Origin: Hemiscyllium ocellatum | Lineage: Eukaryota | DNA: 64,000 nucleotides | Assembly (NCBI RefSeq): GCF_020745735.1 | Contig: NC_083446.1 | Coordinates: 3,286,001-3,350,000 of the forward strand | Reading direction: 5' to 3' | Part shown: positions 63,062 to 64,000 of the stretch, piece by piece | Layout of the letters: every line of letters begins with the position of its first letter | Position numbering within the stretch: position 1 is the first letter of the stretch | The notes under the pieces: model-generated | What the model was told of the DNA's origin: nothing | The model's input: only the letters and a program-made list of their open reading frames with translations | Databases searched by the model: none | Program-made: the position numbers and the translations under genes

Positions 63062-64000
63062 ATAGAGTCATAGAAATATTCAGCATGGAAACACACCCTT
63101 CGGTCCAACCCATCCATGCCGACCAGATATCCCAACCCAATCCAGTCCCACCTGCCAGCACCCAGCCCATATCCCTCCAAACCCTTCCTATTCATATACC
63201 CATCCAAATGCCTTTTAAATGTTGCAATTGTACCAGCCTCCACATCCTCTGGCAGCTCATTCCATACACATACCATCCTCTGAGTGAAAATGTTGCCCCT
63301 TATGTCTCTTTTATATGTTTCCCCTCTCACCCAAAATTATGCCCTCGAGTTCTGGACTCCCGACCGTAGGGAATAGACTTTGTCTATTTATCCTATCCAT
63401 GCCCCTCATAATTTTGTAAACCTCTATAAGGTCACCCCTCACTCTCTGACACTCCAGGGAAAACAGCCCCAGCCTGTTCAGCCTCTCCCTATAGCTCAAA
63501 TCCTCCAACCCTGACAACATCCTTGTAAATCTTTTCTGAACCCTTTCAAGTTTCACAGCATTTTTCCGATAGGAAGGAGACCAGAATTGCACACAAGATT
63601 CCAACAGTGGCCTAACCAATGTTCTGTACAGCCGCAACATGACCTCCCAACTCATGTACTCAATACTCTGACCAATAAAGGAAAGCATACCAAACGCCTT
63701 CTTCACTATCCTATCTACCTGCGACTCTACTTTCAAGGAGCTATGAACCTGCACTCCAAAGTCTCTTTGTTCAGCAACACTCCCTAGGACCTTACCAGTA
63801 AGTGTATAAGTCCTGCTCTGATTTCCCAAAATGCAGCACCTCGCATTTATCTGAATTAAACTCCATCTGCCACTTCTCAGCCCATTGGCCCATCCCATCC
63901 AGATCCTGATGTAATCTGAGATAACCCTCTTCGATGTCCACTACACTTCCAATTTTGGTGTCATCTGCAAACTTACTAACTGTACCTCTTATGCTCGCAT
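63062..64000 (-). mobile_element. CR1 (HER1-type) LINE running off the window edge
   Basis: ORF 63311-63898 contains LVRPLLESCVQFWSP. The tail ATAGAGTCATAGA abuts the previous CR1. Confidence 0.95.

Noticed and set aside
63013-63330. ORF joining a CR1 C-terminus to MREELTKIDWSRA
   Set aside because: It reads through the junction of two different CR1 copies.

Overview
Repeat-dense, AT-rich vertebrate DNA that looks intronic or intergenic. No host protein-coding exon could be recognised, and every long ORF is a retroelement remnant. The repeat set (HE1/V-SINEs, HER1/CR1 LINEs, Deu-domain SINEs, Penelope-like elements, L2, a Gypsy gag/LTR remnant, MITEs) points to a cartilaginous fish, probably a shark (inference). 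The most notable signal is about 12 short Penelope-like (PLE) insertions from four sequence families, most carrying a minimal type I hammerhead ribozyme (CUGAnGA-stem II-GAAA-palindromic helix III-NUH). Four motifs are intact: 8504-8539(+), 35125-35162(+), 48646-48685(-) and 58177-58210(+). Several insertions are fold-back palindromes (66-bp and 91-bp arms) or inversions flanked by 11-15 bp target-site duplications. Their breakpoints cluster at the ribozyme 5' edge, and older copies have lost the core through CpG decay. Multi-layer nested insertions, an L2-derived 37-bp minisatellite and a few TE-free candidate conserved non-coding islands are also present. Family names come from recalled motifs, not from database searches. 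Coordinates of old, diverged repeats are approximate.
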